Shown piece after piece: positions 1 through 13,225 of a stretch of DNA of 64,000 nucleotides. The stretch covers positions 1 to 64,000 of the forward strand of contig JAQGDQ010000950.1 in the NCBI GenBank assembly GCA_030141605.1, written 5' to 3'. Made by a program: the position numbers and the translations under genes. Numbering within the stretch: the stretch's first letter is position 1; each line of letters begins with the position of its first letter. The stretch is from Tubiluchus corallicola (lineage: Eukaryota; Animalia; Priapulida). The notes beneath the pieces are model-generated. The model was not told the DNA's origin and made no database searches. It saw only the letters and a program-made list of their open reading frames with translations.

Positions 1-262
1 TACACCAATGTATCTTTACAGGCCTACCATATACATCGACCGACAATGCTTAGCTGGGGCACGTATCCTTGGAGAGCTTGGAGTTTTATTACTTACTCAC
101 TCACTCATGTGCTTCACTCATTCACTCACTCACTCACTCACTCACTCACTCACTCACTCACTCGATACACCAATGTATCTTTACAGGCCTGCCATATACA
201 TCGACCGACAATGCTTAGCTGGGGCACGTATCCTTGGAGAGCTTGGAGTTTTATTATTTATC
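1..262. repeat. Two copies of a ~90-bp unit (period 165 bp) separated by (ACTC)n
   Basis: tacaccaatgtatctttacaggcct...gagcttggagttttatta occurs at 1 and again at 166. Confidence 0.8.
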
Positions 263-1408
263 CATTACTAAGAATAGTGTAGAAAGTCAACAAGCTAACC
301 GTTGCCAGAACCGTTGCCGGCTAAACGCTTTCCTGAACCTCAAAACACAACCGCCGGGCGTCTATTAATAAACCAGAGCAAAAACGTCAAACTGCGGGCT
401 TCTCTTTCAGCGAATCTCCGGGAGGGGGGGGGGGAGCAGCGCATCTTTTCGAATTCATCTGATGCGGGCAGCAAAAATGAGTCAATCGACAAACCAAAAT
501 TGCTATTCAACTTCAACTTTTTTTTCAATTGGAAACAGCATCAAGTCCTAGTCTCATTACCAGGGCCTATTTCAGCCTAGGCGAGGCCCGGGGAAGTGGG
601 ACGTGTGAGGCCCCATCGGTAAAATTTTTGAACTGCTAGAATGCCGGAGAAGCATTTTCGGAGAGAAAATATGGAGTTATACAGTTGTTAAAGGAAAGAA
701 CAATTGAAAGAAAAACTGCTTTATTCTCAAGACCAGTCCTTAATACTTGTGTGCAGCAGAGCAGCATGCAGCAGAAGAGAGAAAGAGAGAGAGGTGGAGA
801 GGTGAGAGAGAGAGAGAGAGAAAGAGAGACAGAGAGAGTGAGAACATAAAAAAAAAATGTTTGTGGCGTGAGGAAATAGAGTGAGGCTTGGGGGAAGTAT
901 CCCACTTCATAATAGGCATGATACAGTCCTATTGCTATACGCTTACTGAAAAGTTGTCGCTTATACCATAATTATCAGAACATACCACGTTCATGATACA
1001 AAAAAGACACTATACAATAATCGATAATTATACGATAATTTTGTAATGCGAAACTAAAACACAAGGCATGAAAAAATGTGAATTGAAAGAATGTAAAACA
1101 TTACTGCTAACCAGTGGGAAATAAAAACTTTGATTTCAACTCGTTTTAAATATTCCATAATTCAGCTTTAAACATTCATAAAGCTTTAAAAAAATTTCTC
1201 CCTCCGTATCAAAAAAATTTAAAACATTTTTCCTAACCAGTGGAAATAAGAAACAAAACTGATTTGAACAGAATTAAAATATTTCACGATTCAACTTTAA
1301 ACATTTGCAAAGCCTTTAAAAAACCTTTTTCTTCCCTCCCAACTGGCATGTTTTGAACTCATCAGGTAAGAGAGAGAAAAAGAAATTATTTTATGACCGG
1401 TCTCATAC

Positions 1409-1569
1409 CTCCAAAGTTGAGGTTGATAGTTGCATTGCTCTCTCCAAGGTCATTCTTGGCATTGACTTTGTATTTGCCTCCGTCGTCAAGACTCACATCA
1501 GATATGTCCAAGCCACAGAAATACGACTTCTCGTCTTTGTCAACATAGATGTAGTATCGTCCGCCATCA
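1409..1569 (-). CDS. unc-22: Internal exon of a twitchin/projectin-like giant muscle protein, C-terminal half of an I-set Ig domain: (S)DGGRYYIYVDKDEKSYFCGLDISDVSLDDGGKYKVNAKNDLGESNATINLNFG
   Basis: On the minus strand, acceptor ttgtatttcAG (AG at 1571-1570) and donor G|GTatga (GT at 1408-1407). 161 nt, phase 2 in and phase 1 out. The motif DxGKYKVNAKNxLGESNATIxLNF is recognised from the second N-terminal Ig domain of twitchin/projectin (UNC-22/Bent). The gene symbol is a family-level call. Confidence 0.9.
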
Positions 1570-1578
1570 CTGAAATAC

Positions 1579-4500
1579 AACATTGTGATTTAGACATTCA
1601 GAAGAAACAATGGCTTCCTAAGATTGTAGTTACATGATGCTTATCTGTAGATAAAATGTTAGAATGCATTTGACCAGAGGCCATAGATGTGGTATCGTCC
1701 AACATTGTGATTTACACTTTCAGAAGAAACAAAGGCTTCCTAAGATTGTAGTTACATGAAGCTTATCTATAGATAAAATGTTAGAATGCATTTGACCAGA
1801 GGCCATAGATGTGGTATCGTCCAACATTGTGATTTAGAAATTCAGAAGAAACAGAGGCTTCCTAAGATTGTAGTTACATGATGCTTATCTATAGATAAAA
1901 TGTCAGAATGCATTTGACCAGAGGCCATAGATGTGGTATCGTCCAACATTGTGATTTAGAAATTCAGAAGAAACAGAGGCTTCCTAAGATTGTAGTTACA
2001 TGAAGCTTATCTATAGATAAAATGTTAGAATGCATTTGACCAGAAGCCATAGATGTGGTATCGTACAACATTGTGATTTACACATTCAGAAGAAGCAAAG
2101 GCTTCCTAAGATTGTAGTTACATGAAGCTTATCTATAGATAAAATGTTAGAATGCATTAGACCAGAAGCCATAAATGTGGTATCGTCCAACATTGTGATT
2201 TACACTTTCAGAAGAAAGAAAGGCTTCCTAAGATTGTAGTTACATGAAGATTATCTGTAGATAAAATGTTAGAATGCATTAGACCAGAAGCCATAGATGT
2301 GGTATCTTCCAACATTGTGATTTACACTTTCAGAAGAAACAAAGGCTTCCTAAGATTGTAGTTACATGAAGCTTATCTGTAGATAAAATGTTAGAATGCA
2401 TTAGACCAGAAGCCATAGATGTGGTATCGTCCAACATTGTGATTTACACTTTCAGAAGAAACAAAGGCTTCCTAAGATTGTAGTTACATGAAGCTTATCT
2501 ATAGATAAAATGTTAGAATGCATTAGACCAGAAGCCATAGATGTGGTATCGTCCAACATTGTGATTTACACTTTCAGGAGAAACAAAGGCTTCCTAAGAT
2601 TGTAGTTACATGATGCTTAACTATAGATAAAATGTTAGAATGCATTAGACCAGAAGCCATAGATGTGGTATCGTCCAACATTGTGATTTACACTTTCAGG
2701 AGAAACAAAGGCTTCCTAAGATTGTAGTTACATGATGCTTAACTATAGATAAAATGTTAGAATGCATTAGACCAGAAGCCATAGATGTGGTATCGTCCAA
2801 CATTGTGATTTACACTTTCAGGAGAAACAAAGGCTTCCTAAGATTGTAGTTACATGAAGCTTATCTATAGATAAAATGTTAGAATGCATTAGACCAGAAG
2901 CCATAGATGTGGTATCGTCCAACATTGTGATTTACACTTTCAGAAGAAACAAAGGCTTCCTAAGATTGTAGTTACATGAAGCTTATCTATAGATAAAATG
3001 TTAGAATGCATTAGACCAGAAGCCATAGATGTGGTATCGTCCAACATTGTGATTTACACTTTCAGGAGAAACAAAGGCTTCCTAAGATTGTAGTTACATG
3101 ATGCTTAACTATAGATAAAATGTTAGAATGCATTAGACCAGAAGCCATAGATGTGGTATCGTCCAACATTGTGATTTAGAAATTCAGAAGAAACAGAGGC
3201 TTCCTAAGATTGTAGTTACATGATGCTTATCTATAGATAAAATGTCAGAATGCATTTGACCAGAGGCCATAGATGTGGTATCGTCCAACATTGTGATTTA
3301 GAAATTCAGAAGAAACAGAGGCTTCCTAAGATTGTAGTTACATGAAGCTTATCTATAGATAAAATGTTAGAATGCATTTGACCAGAAGCCATAGATGTGG
3401 TATCGTACAACATTGTGATTTACACATTCAGAAGAAGCAAAGGCTTCCTAAGATTGTAGTTACATGAAGCTTATCTATAGATGAAATGTTAGAATGCATT
3501 AGACCAGAAGCCATAAATGTGGTATCGTCCAACATTGTGATTTACACTTTCAGAAGAAAGAAAGGCTTCCTAAGATTGTAGTTACATGAAGATTATCTGT
3601 AGATAAAATGTTAGAATGCATTAGACCAGAAGCCATAGATGTGGTATCTTCCAACATTGTGATTTACACTTTCAGAAGAAACAAAGGCTTTCTAAGATTG
3701 TAGTTACATGAAGATTATCTGTAGATAAAATGTTAGAATGCATTAGACCAGAAGCCATAGATGTGGTATCTTCCAACATTGTGATTTACACTTTCAGAAG
3801 AAACAAAGGCTTCCTAAGATTGTAGTTACATGAAGCTTATATATAGATAAAATGTTAGAATGCATTAGACCAAAAGCCATAGATGTGGTATCGTCCAACA
3901 TTGTGATTTACACTTTCAGAAGAAACAAAGGCTTCCTAAGATTGTAGTTACATGAATCTTATCTATAGATAAAATGTTAGAATGCATTAGACCAGAAGCC
4001 ATAGATGTGGTATCGTCCAACATTGTGATTTACACTTTCAGGAGAAACAAAGGCTTCCTAAGATTGTAGTTACATGATGCTTAACTATAGATAAAATGTT
4101 AGAATGCATTAGACCAGAAGCCATAGATGTGGTATCGTCCAACATTGTGATTTACACTTTCAGGAGAAACAAAGGCTTCCTAAGATTGTAGTTACATGAT
4201 GCTTATCTATAGATAAAATGTTAGAATGCATTAGACCAGAAGCCATAGATGTGGTATCGTCCAACATTGTGATTTACACTTTCAGAAGAAACAAAGGCTT
4301 CCTAAGATTGTAGTTACACGAAGATTATCTGTAGATAAAATGTTAGAATGCATTAGACCAGAAGCCATAGATGTGGTATCGTCCAACATTGTGATTTACA
4401 CTTTCAGAAGAAACAAAGGCTTCCTAAGATTGTAGTTACATGATGCTTATCTGTAGATAAAATGTTAGAATGCATTTGACCAGAGGCCATAGATGTGGTA

Positions 4501-4868
4501 GCGTCCAACATTGTGATTTACACTTTCAGAAGAAACAAAGGCTTCCTAAGATTGTAGTTACATGAAGCTTATCTATAGATAAAATGTTAGAATGCATTAG
4601 ACCAGAAGCCATAGATGTGGTATCGTCCAACATTGTGATTTACACTTTCAGAAGAAACAAAGGCTTCCTAAGATTGTAGTTACATGAAGCTTATCTATAG
4701 ATAAAATGTTAGAATGCATTAGACCAGAAGCCATAGATGTGGTATCGTTCAACATTGTGATTTAGACTTTCAGAAGAAACAAAGGCTTCCTAAGATTGTA
4801 GTTACATGAAGCTTATCTGTAGATAAAATGTTAGAATGCATTTGACCAGAGGCCATAGATGTGGTATA
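1579..4868. repeat. Intronic tandem array, 122-bp unit, about 27 copies
   Basis: aacattgtgattt recurs at 1579, 1701, 1823, 1945 and onward (period 122) until ~4868. Confidence 0.95.
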
Positions 4869-4869
4869 G

Positions 4870-5130
4870 ATTCTTCCATCCCGTTGCAATTCGCACCATC
4901 AACAGTAAATTTCAGTAAATCTTCAATATTAATTCTCTATGTCACTGAACAACTGATTGACTTATTTGTGTTAATCTCCTTGTTGTTTCCATAACTTATT
5001 GCTGTACGTAAAACCACATCAATTTCATTGTATGTATGGCGCTATAATGACAATAAATTGCTTACTTACTTGCTTATAAGCTGAGATAATGAAAAATCTG
5101 AAATAAAAGCTAGCACACCACATACAGTTA
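4870..5130 (+). mobile_element. 3' end fragment of a Rex1/Babar-type LINE, same family as 34050-34608
   Basis: Aligns by eye with 34348-34608: end of ORF2 (FHPVAIRTIN), 3' UTR, caataaa and a (ttgc/ttac)n tail. Confidence 0.75.
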
Positions 5131-5980
5131 CAGATACATAAAACCACGTAAATTTCATTGTATGTATGGCGCTATAATAACAATAAATTGCTTATTTACT
5201 GACTTATTTACTTCGTAATTTATATAACAACAATCCCGGTTTTTAGCACTGCAAATTAATGCTACAACTAACACATGTATAGGTAAACACTGTTGTCATG
5301 GTAACGCCCAATAACACAGAGCTGATTTCCGGTAAGGCTGACCACTCCCTGTTTATTTACTAGTAAGTATACAGAGAAGCACAACCGTCTGTACGTGATG
5401 CGGTTTTACAATTTTTTTGCGGGCCGCAAGTGGCCCGCCGGCCGCAATTTGCACACCCCTGCTGTAGATGATAGTTTTCAACGTAATGCTGCAATGTATA
5501 TTGGTCACAACATTGTAATCAATCCCTTCTGAACAAATATCAGATCAAGCACAGATTGCTTAAGTTCCTGACAGTGCTATTTTCAAGCAAGTTAGGAAAT
5601 GTTAAATACGCTTTCAACTGGATGGATGACTTTCCACCACATCCAACTACTAAAGATGAGTAAAATTCCTAACACGCTAGAAACAGTTGTTAAAAAAATC
5701 ACAAAATTACCAACACGCTACAAACAGTTGTTAAGGAATGAGTAAAATTCCTAACACGCTACAAACAGTTGTTGAGGAATGAGCTCTCCAATTAAAACAC
5801 AGAACAACAGAGTTAAGTAGTGTAACTTCTTCCCTATCAAACTCTTGTAAGATATCAAAGGCAATAATAAGCAGAGTACTTACTAAAATTCATCAGGTTT
5901 AATTTAACATTTTGTAAAATACAAATTCCTGCTTTAATGGATAAGCTATCTTACTGGAGTGGATAATTACCTGCTACATG

Positions 5981-6213
5981 TAATTAATTTAAAAAAACAA
6001 AATATTTAAGGCATGAAACTTTAAATTTTTGTTACAAATTAAACTTATCACGACCCTTAAAACGCAAAAAAGTATTATTAGCCAGACCCTACACGGAATT
6101 AATTTAAAAAAAACAAAATATTTAAGGCATGAAACTTTAAATTTTTGTTACAAATTAAACTTATCACGACCCTTAAAACGCAAAAAAGTATTATCAGCCA
6201 GACCCTACACGGA
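5981..6213. repeat. Tandem duplication, ~117-bp unit x2
   Basis: aattaatttaaaaaaacaaaatatttaaggcatgaaac...gccagaccctacacgga is present twice in tandem. Confidence 0.85.
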
Positions 6214-6382
6214 AGCCTTATCGTGAACCACCCCCAGACCCCCTAACTGAGCTAAACCACCTTAAACCAGGCTTGTAAACCGAGTAGTAAAATGATGCAG
6301 CCTTGCAGGCTATCTAGAAGGTGTCACAGTTTAATTAATGGCCACGGATGACCTTGCTAACCTTTCCTTTACTGCTTTGAAT

Positions 6383-6992
<610 letters not shown>

Positions 6993-9396
6993 TTTAAATT
7001 TATGTATTTTGATATGCTTTGCAAATAGTCTTGCTTTATTTTAATGCTTATCAGCTTGATTGCTAATACAAACACTTGATAATTTATTGTGCATTTATAT
7101 ATCTTTCTGGCCTTTTCTTAGTATTGCTTAAAAACTTAAAATATTGCTTATTTGTTAAATCAGACAGTTATTTGTTTTCTGCTGTTATGATAATTAAATC
7201 TGGATCATAAATTTTTTATTTTTCAAATACAAAAATTTTTTGATTAATGTATTGCAATTGTCAGGGCAATTTATCTTGCTTTTTTACCTTTTTTCTTTCT
7301 TTTTGCCATTTGAAATTTTATCTTGCATATGTTGTTTTTCTGAACATTAAAATATTCTCTCTTTTCTCTTTTGTGTTTTGAACCATATATAATTATGTTT
7401 AATGCTAGACTATATTTAGGAACGACTGGTTTTTCGTTTTTCTTTTTTTTGCTGTTGTTGTATTTTTGTTCTTTGTATTTATGGACGTTTATGTATTTTT
7501 TAATAGTTGTGTTCTGCTGTCATTAGCGTCTTTTTTGTTTACTGTCTTTCTGAGAAGGGTGGTTGACTCGCTAACCTTTGGTTTTTCGTCACCCTTTCTC
7601 CCATGTTCGTTTGTATTTTTGTGTATTTTATTGTCAAATTATTGTAAATTTACGAAGAGAAAAATAAAAAAACTTGGAAGTGAATGCCAAGAAACCACTT
7701 TCAGAGAAATATTAAGTCAAAAGTTCTAGGTTTAATATGTACCACATAATCATAGATCGAATCGAATCGAATCAAAAACTCATCAGAAAAAGTGAAATTA
7801 TGCCAAAGCAGCATTGACCCCCCCCCCCCTTAAATTTATTGTACGGCAGGGAAATCTGGCAAAATCGTATATTAAAATTTACTGCCACGACTTTTCAATG
7901 CAATAAACAGTTTGATATTATAACATACATTTCATAAGCAATGACTGCAAGCAGACTAAAACTTTTCAATGCAGAGTACAACAAATTAACATACATATAG
8001 AACATAGAACATTTATTTTCTCCAATTAGTTTAACATAAAAAGTTTTTTAAATATTATGTAATTATAATCATGTAGCAGGGCAGGGAAGGACCATAGGGT
8101 CATCTAGTCTCCTGCCCTTTCTTGTAAATAAATTAGTATATTAAGAATTAACGGTGATGCTGCAGATAACAAAAACAAAAACAAATAAGAAAAAAAAATA
8201 AGAAAAACAGTATAAATGATACAAATTATCCAAAAAGAACTGAAAACAAAAAATAATAAAGTTAGATACCTAAATCTAAGTAAAACAATACAATTATTCA
8301 GTAATTATGATTATTATATGTAGTAGTTTCAAATGAGGTCTTATTAACAGGGGAATTTGACCAAGGTTAGTGAGTAAAGTTAAAAACTGAGAGTATGGAA
8401 AGATAAAATAAGTATCAAAAAAGTGTAATATAGAAAAATTTAAGAGAAAAAGTAAGTATGAGAAAGAGCAACAACTACTTAGGAAATGAGAAAAAAGAAA
8501 AAAAACTTGCTAGCTTGCTTATTAGTCTTACAAGTTATGTAATACAGGTATATTCATTTAGTAAGTATATTCATTTTGTGTATTTTGGAAGCAGAAAATA
8601 AGCTACCTTCAAAGGTATTTTTGGCAACGAATTCTATAGTTTAACTCCTCGTGATTTTAAGCTATTGAAACTAGCTAAATTAAATTAGCTTAAAGCGTGC
8701 AAAGCACAAAGTAAGACGTCTACGGGCTAGACGGACAGGTACAGGTGCAATTATCAGGTACAGAGTTTAATTAGATGATAAGGTGGTAACTCAAACTCCC
8801 TCTCCACCCACACATACATACTAACATACATACGTGATACACAAGATAGACTTAGATAGGTACACTGCATGAAACCGACGTATTTCATTTAAAAAGAAAA
8901 CGTAAATAAAATAGTTAACGAATTTGATAAACGTCACACCCCTATTCCAAGTAATTGAGAACTTTTATAAAATTATAATAATATTAAAATTACTAGCTTA
9001 GACAGTTATAGAAATTCTAAGCGAGGCTTAGTTTCAGTAATACTATTGCTAGGTATACACATATTGTTACATAACAAATAAATAATATTTACTTGCTAAA
9101 AATGCCTAAATATCGCTAACGTGCAGCGTATTCTAACTCGGGAACAAAATCGAACTAAAAATAAGAGAAAATATACGGAAAATACTAAACCAACGCTATT
9201 CATTTGACTAATTCAGCTGGTTTTAACACGCTTTGTCGTACTTCTTGCAGCCGGCGCTAGTGCGCTGCGCATTTTCACAATCAGCGCTGCTCACAAGCTG
9301 GATTGCAGCATGATTTCTGTATCCTCTTCACACTAGTACTCCTCCCAGCAGAAAAACCTTCCCGTTACCACGTACAAAGAAAAGCGAATCGACGGA

Positions 9397-9765
9397 AGGG
9401 GTGAGCGTTCTTTACCAGAAAACGAATTCGAATCGAATCGAATTTGACTTTCGAATTCGAATCGAATATCAGTATTTCGAATCCGAATCGATTTTGAATT
9501 GAGTTTGAATGACTTTCGAACAAGTTGTCAAACTGTTAGTAGAAAGTGGTCTTACAAAGATTGTGCATAGCCCTTGATTTACTTCTGCAGTAAAACCACT
9601 ATTAGTTTATTAAAAATTTTGCTTAGAAATTGCAGCTAAATTGTGCTAATTGCATGATGCTTCAAACATCTTAATGATAAGGAGCATACGTGGCTGAAGT
9701 GCTGAATTATTCGATTCTATAATTTCAGGTTCGAATCGAATTCGAACTAAAAAAGCTCGTTCATA
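9397..9765. mobile_element. Truncated copy of the TTCGAA-rich hAT MITE family
   Basis: Starts aggggtgagcgttctttaccagaaaacgaattcgaatcg and follows the 15432-15840 copy, but lacks the second TIR. Confidence 0.75.
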
Positions 9766-10561
9766 TTCATATTTAGATACTTGGTTAATAGTGTTTCTAA
9801 TACACCACAAGCAATTATTTAAACCGCTCATTACTAAAACAACCTGCGGGGCAGAACTATCAGCCTAGGGCATCGTAAAGTCTAGATACTCCCCTCAGGA
9901 ACCACTGAACTTAATACTTATGCCTAAGGAACCATTAGTTCATGTTTTAAAATAGTTCACTGAGTCAAGATTTGTGGCAGTATTGTCGAATACTATTTAT
10001 TGCCCATCTGCAAATAATTTTTGACGCTGGAGCGAGTTACCCAAGCTGAAGCTGCTTACGAAATGCATGTAGATGGCAATCTAACAAAGGAAAACGCCAA
10101 ACAAATTGAAGCCAATTTTCAAGCTGTGCTTAATTACGTGCAATAGTAATAAGCACAGCTGCAGATGATAAGAAAAAAATTAAGAATTTATAATTTTACA
10201 AGCATGTGACTTGAGAAATAAAAGTAGAGCTATATTAGAACAAAGAAAGAGCTGTAGAACATATGGATCAGAGCATTAGAAATTTAGATAACCAGTTTAA
10301 GATGAATCGAACTAACTACTCACTAATTATTAATTATGTACTTTGTTAACAGAAAACTAATGTGAACAATTAAAAGGTTAACATGCTCAACTCGGACGAA
10401 TTTGAACCAGTTTCAGTAGCATGTTAACGATGGTTATGACGCCAACAACAGCGCGCATGCTACACATAACAAAATTACTTATTGCGCGCATACACACACG
10501 CACGCACGCGCAGGCGCAAATTCTGCACAATTGCATCGTAATTAAAATATTGTGAACTCAC

Positions 10562-10705
10562 CTTAATGGTTCGTCATTGTGAAACCATGAAATAGTTGGA
10601 GTAGGGTCCGCAAGAACCCTACAGCTGAACATGATTTTGCTTCCATCATCTGCTTGTTTAATTGAAGGTTTTTGAGCAAATGCGGGAGCAATGCCATCTT
10701 TATCT
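10562..10705 (-). CDS. unc-22: Internal exon of the twitchin/projectin-like gene, N-terminal half of the same Ig domain: DKDGIAPAFAQKPSIKQADDGSKIMFSCRVLADPTPTISWFHNDEPL
   Basis: Acceptor ttgtttacAG (10707-10706) and donor AG|GTgagt (10561-10560). 144 nt, phase 2-2. The terminal AG plus the first T of the 1409-1569 exon gives AGT (Ser) and a continuous frame, ...EPL-S-DGGRY.... APxFxxKPxIxQxxDG...FxCxxxADPxPxIxWF is the twitchin Ig N-half. The ORF track shows this region in a different frame. Confidence 0.9.
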
Positions 10706-11385
10706 CTGTAAACAAATATAACATTACTGGCGGGGATGTATTAACCATTAGCCTAATATAAGGCAATAACCTCAGGCCCTAAATTTTCATAGGTCCTCGG
10801 ACTCCTGAGACCGATGACTAATAAACAGAGATAATGCTTATTTAGTTTATAGAATAACAAAATCTTTTAAACTGAATATGTGAAAGACAAGGACATTTTT
10901 TGCATATTGCCAGTAAGCACTTGAACGATTTAACCTATTTTGTACACAAAATATTTCATAAGTCATTTATTTCACCTTACACATTTACAATGGTTACATA
11001 TACAATATCTAGTGAATAGGCCTACAATGGATATAATACAAACAAGAAATACTGCACAGGAAAAGCCTCAAATACTGTTCACTTATACACGAAGGTAAAT
11101 GTGTTGCGGGCAATCAAAAAGCAGAGCTTGTTAGATTGTCCCACACAGTGATAGAACAAAATGGAGATAATCTGAAAATTTAAAGCGAATCGCGATAAAA
11201 AAACATTAGTGCTTAAAATGGAATGATGTAATGAATGATGATCTACATTAGACCAGCACATTTAGAGACAAGACATATGTAATTTGGACACCTGGGTCAT
11301 TTAGACACAAGAATTTGACTTGTAAGACTCTCACAAGTCTAGAACACTTAGACTGCACACTTCTCGTTCTTCAATGTTTTGTCAT

Positions 11386-11547
11386 CAGAAAATTCACGAC
11401 AAACAAAGTTATTTCAATGAATTTACATTACTAGTAAGCAGAAAATTCATGACAAACAAAATTATTTCAATGAATTTACATTACTAGTAAGCAGAAAATT
11501 CAGGACAAACAAAGTTATTTCAATGAATTTACATTACTAGTAAGCAG
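11386..11547. repeat. 53-bp unit x3
   Basis: agaaaattcaNgacaaacaaaRttatttcaatgaatttacattactagtaagc at 11387, 11440 and 11493. Confidence 0.85.
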
Positions 11548-11926
11548 TTGAATGATCGAGCCTATATTGTACACAAATATTACGTTTTTCACTGAACACT
11601 CACACATTTTGGACGCAGGATGCTTGGCCACAAAACATTTGGACTCAGGTAGTCTTGGCCACATAGGCAATTTGAGCCCATGAGCCATTTGGACACATAA
11701 GACACTTAGAATTCAACACTTGTAAAGAGTAATACATTTGGACATGTGCAGCATACTTCTATTTGTCCAACCCTTTAGAATCAGAGGTAGCCTCAATGAC
11801 GAATAGTAACTCGCTTCTTGATTAACCTAGGCGAAAATTCATGACGAACAAAATCATTCCCATTCATCACCAAGGCTGTTGATAGGTCTACACATAAACT
11901 GAAGAACAGCTCCATAACTACATTAA

Positions 11927-12379
11927 CCCTTTCCTACCCGTTGTATCCCGTGGGATACAAGAATATTTTCTGCCTTTAAAATTAATAAAATTTTAAAACT
12001 GACAGTTATTTGATCTGTTAATAGTTATTTCGATTTAAGCCAATAACAATAGACTAAAAATGGTGATAAAATGGCAAACTAGAAAATCTACATAGCATAA
12101 AAAACTGCGCAAGGTACTGTACTTTAGAGACGACTTTGTACAGATCAGCATAGCACACATACTAAGTGTCTTAAATACTTTAAAAAATTATTAGCAATTG
12201 CAAAATGAAGCACATTTTATGCTTCCATTGAATCCCAATGTATCCCGTGGGATATAGGCTATATTTAGGTAGAAAAAGCTAATTATTAATTATTATGTAT
12301 AAACAGGATGGACATACTGGACAAAAGTACCAAGTCAAAAAAAAATTTCTTATTAAAAAATAATTTGGGACTGAAAGGG
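11927..12379. mobile_element. Non-autonomous piggyBac-type element
   Basis: TTAA|CCCTTTCCTACCC ... GGGACTGAAAGGG|TTAA, i.e. a TTAA target duplication with CCC/GGG ends. The self-complementary motif tgtatcccgtgggata occurs at ~11942 and ~12239. Confidence 0.8.
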
Positions 12380-12729
12380 TTAACATTTCATTTTTACAGT
12401 TTGATGACAATCTGACCTGTAGATGAGTACCTTCATTTAGGCCCGTCGTATTTCGATAACCTTAGGCCCGTGCAACCTTTAATCCACTCTTGATTACTGG
12501 CAAGGCATGTAAAAGGTAGCTGTATTACTTTAAGTGGTAATTAAGTGTTCTTGGAACTTCATAAAACTATAATTACAAGAACTTCCAACGCATACATACG
12601 AATATGGACGTTTTAGGGGCGATTAGTTAACTGTTTACAATGTTGTCCACGGTATAGCAAATGTAGAATTTCATTTATTCATACCCATGACACTTGTGGA
12701 AACTGTCTTGAACTGTACAGACAGGACAT

Positions 12730-12870
12730 CAAGGATTCACAGCAGTGTGGAATCGTGTAACTCTTTTGCTATGAGGTGTATTAATGTGTGGAATCGATTT
12801 GATTGCCTTACCATGTAGTTTCAGCAACTAGTGTAAACTCGTTCAAAAATAGACTAGACAATCATATGGT
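12730..12870 (+). mobile_element. CR1-type LINE ORF2 3' fragment, frameshifted
   Basis: Translates as FAMRCINVWNR../..HVVSATSVNSFKNRLDNHM, the characteristic CR1 C-terminus. Confidence 0.7.
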
Positions 12871-13123
12871 TAATATTATAAACATTTACTGTGAAAAATC
12901 CGTTCAGATAGAGTCGGGGACTTAACACACAGTTTTGAAAGGTATCTATACTCACCTCTCCTCAAATAATGAACCTATAATTAACTGTAATTCTATTACT
13001 AATCATGATGCGTGAGTGATTTTATGATTTTTTTTTGTACGTCAAACACGTAAAAATGTTTAACAGTAAATTTTGTACATTTTGTTAAATGTACTTTTTA
13101 TTTTTTGTAGGTGATAATAAATT

Positions 13124-13225
13124 ATGTTAGGTTATGTTGTTATGTTATGTTATGTTATGTTATGTTATGTTATGTTATATTATGTTGTTATGTTATGTTG
13201 TTATGTTATGTTATGTTATGTTATG
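13124..13225. repeat. (TTATG)n microsatellite; mirror (CATAA)n at 63943-64000
   Basis: Read directly. Confidence 0.9.

Noticed and set aside
1579-4868. Regular arrays (122, 72, 58 and 80 bp) as CRISPR-like
   Set aside because: Units are contiguous with no unique spacers, there are no cas genes, and the context is a spliced animal gene.
10563-10766. 67-aa ORF MPYIRLMV...
   Set aside because: Wrong frame. The splice-bounded Ig exon in another frame explains the region.
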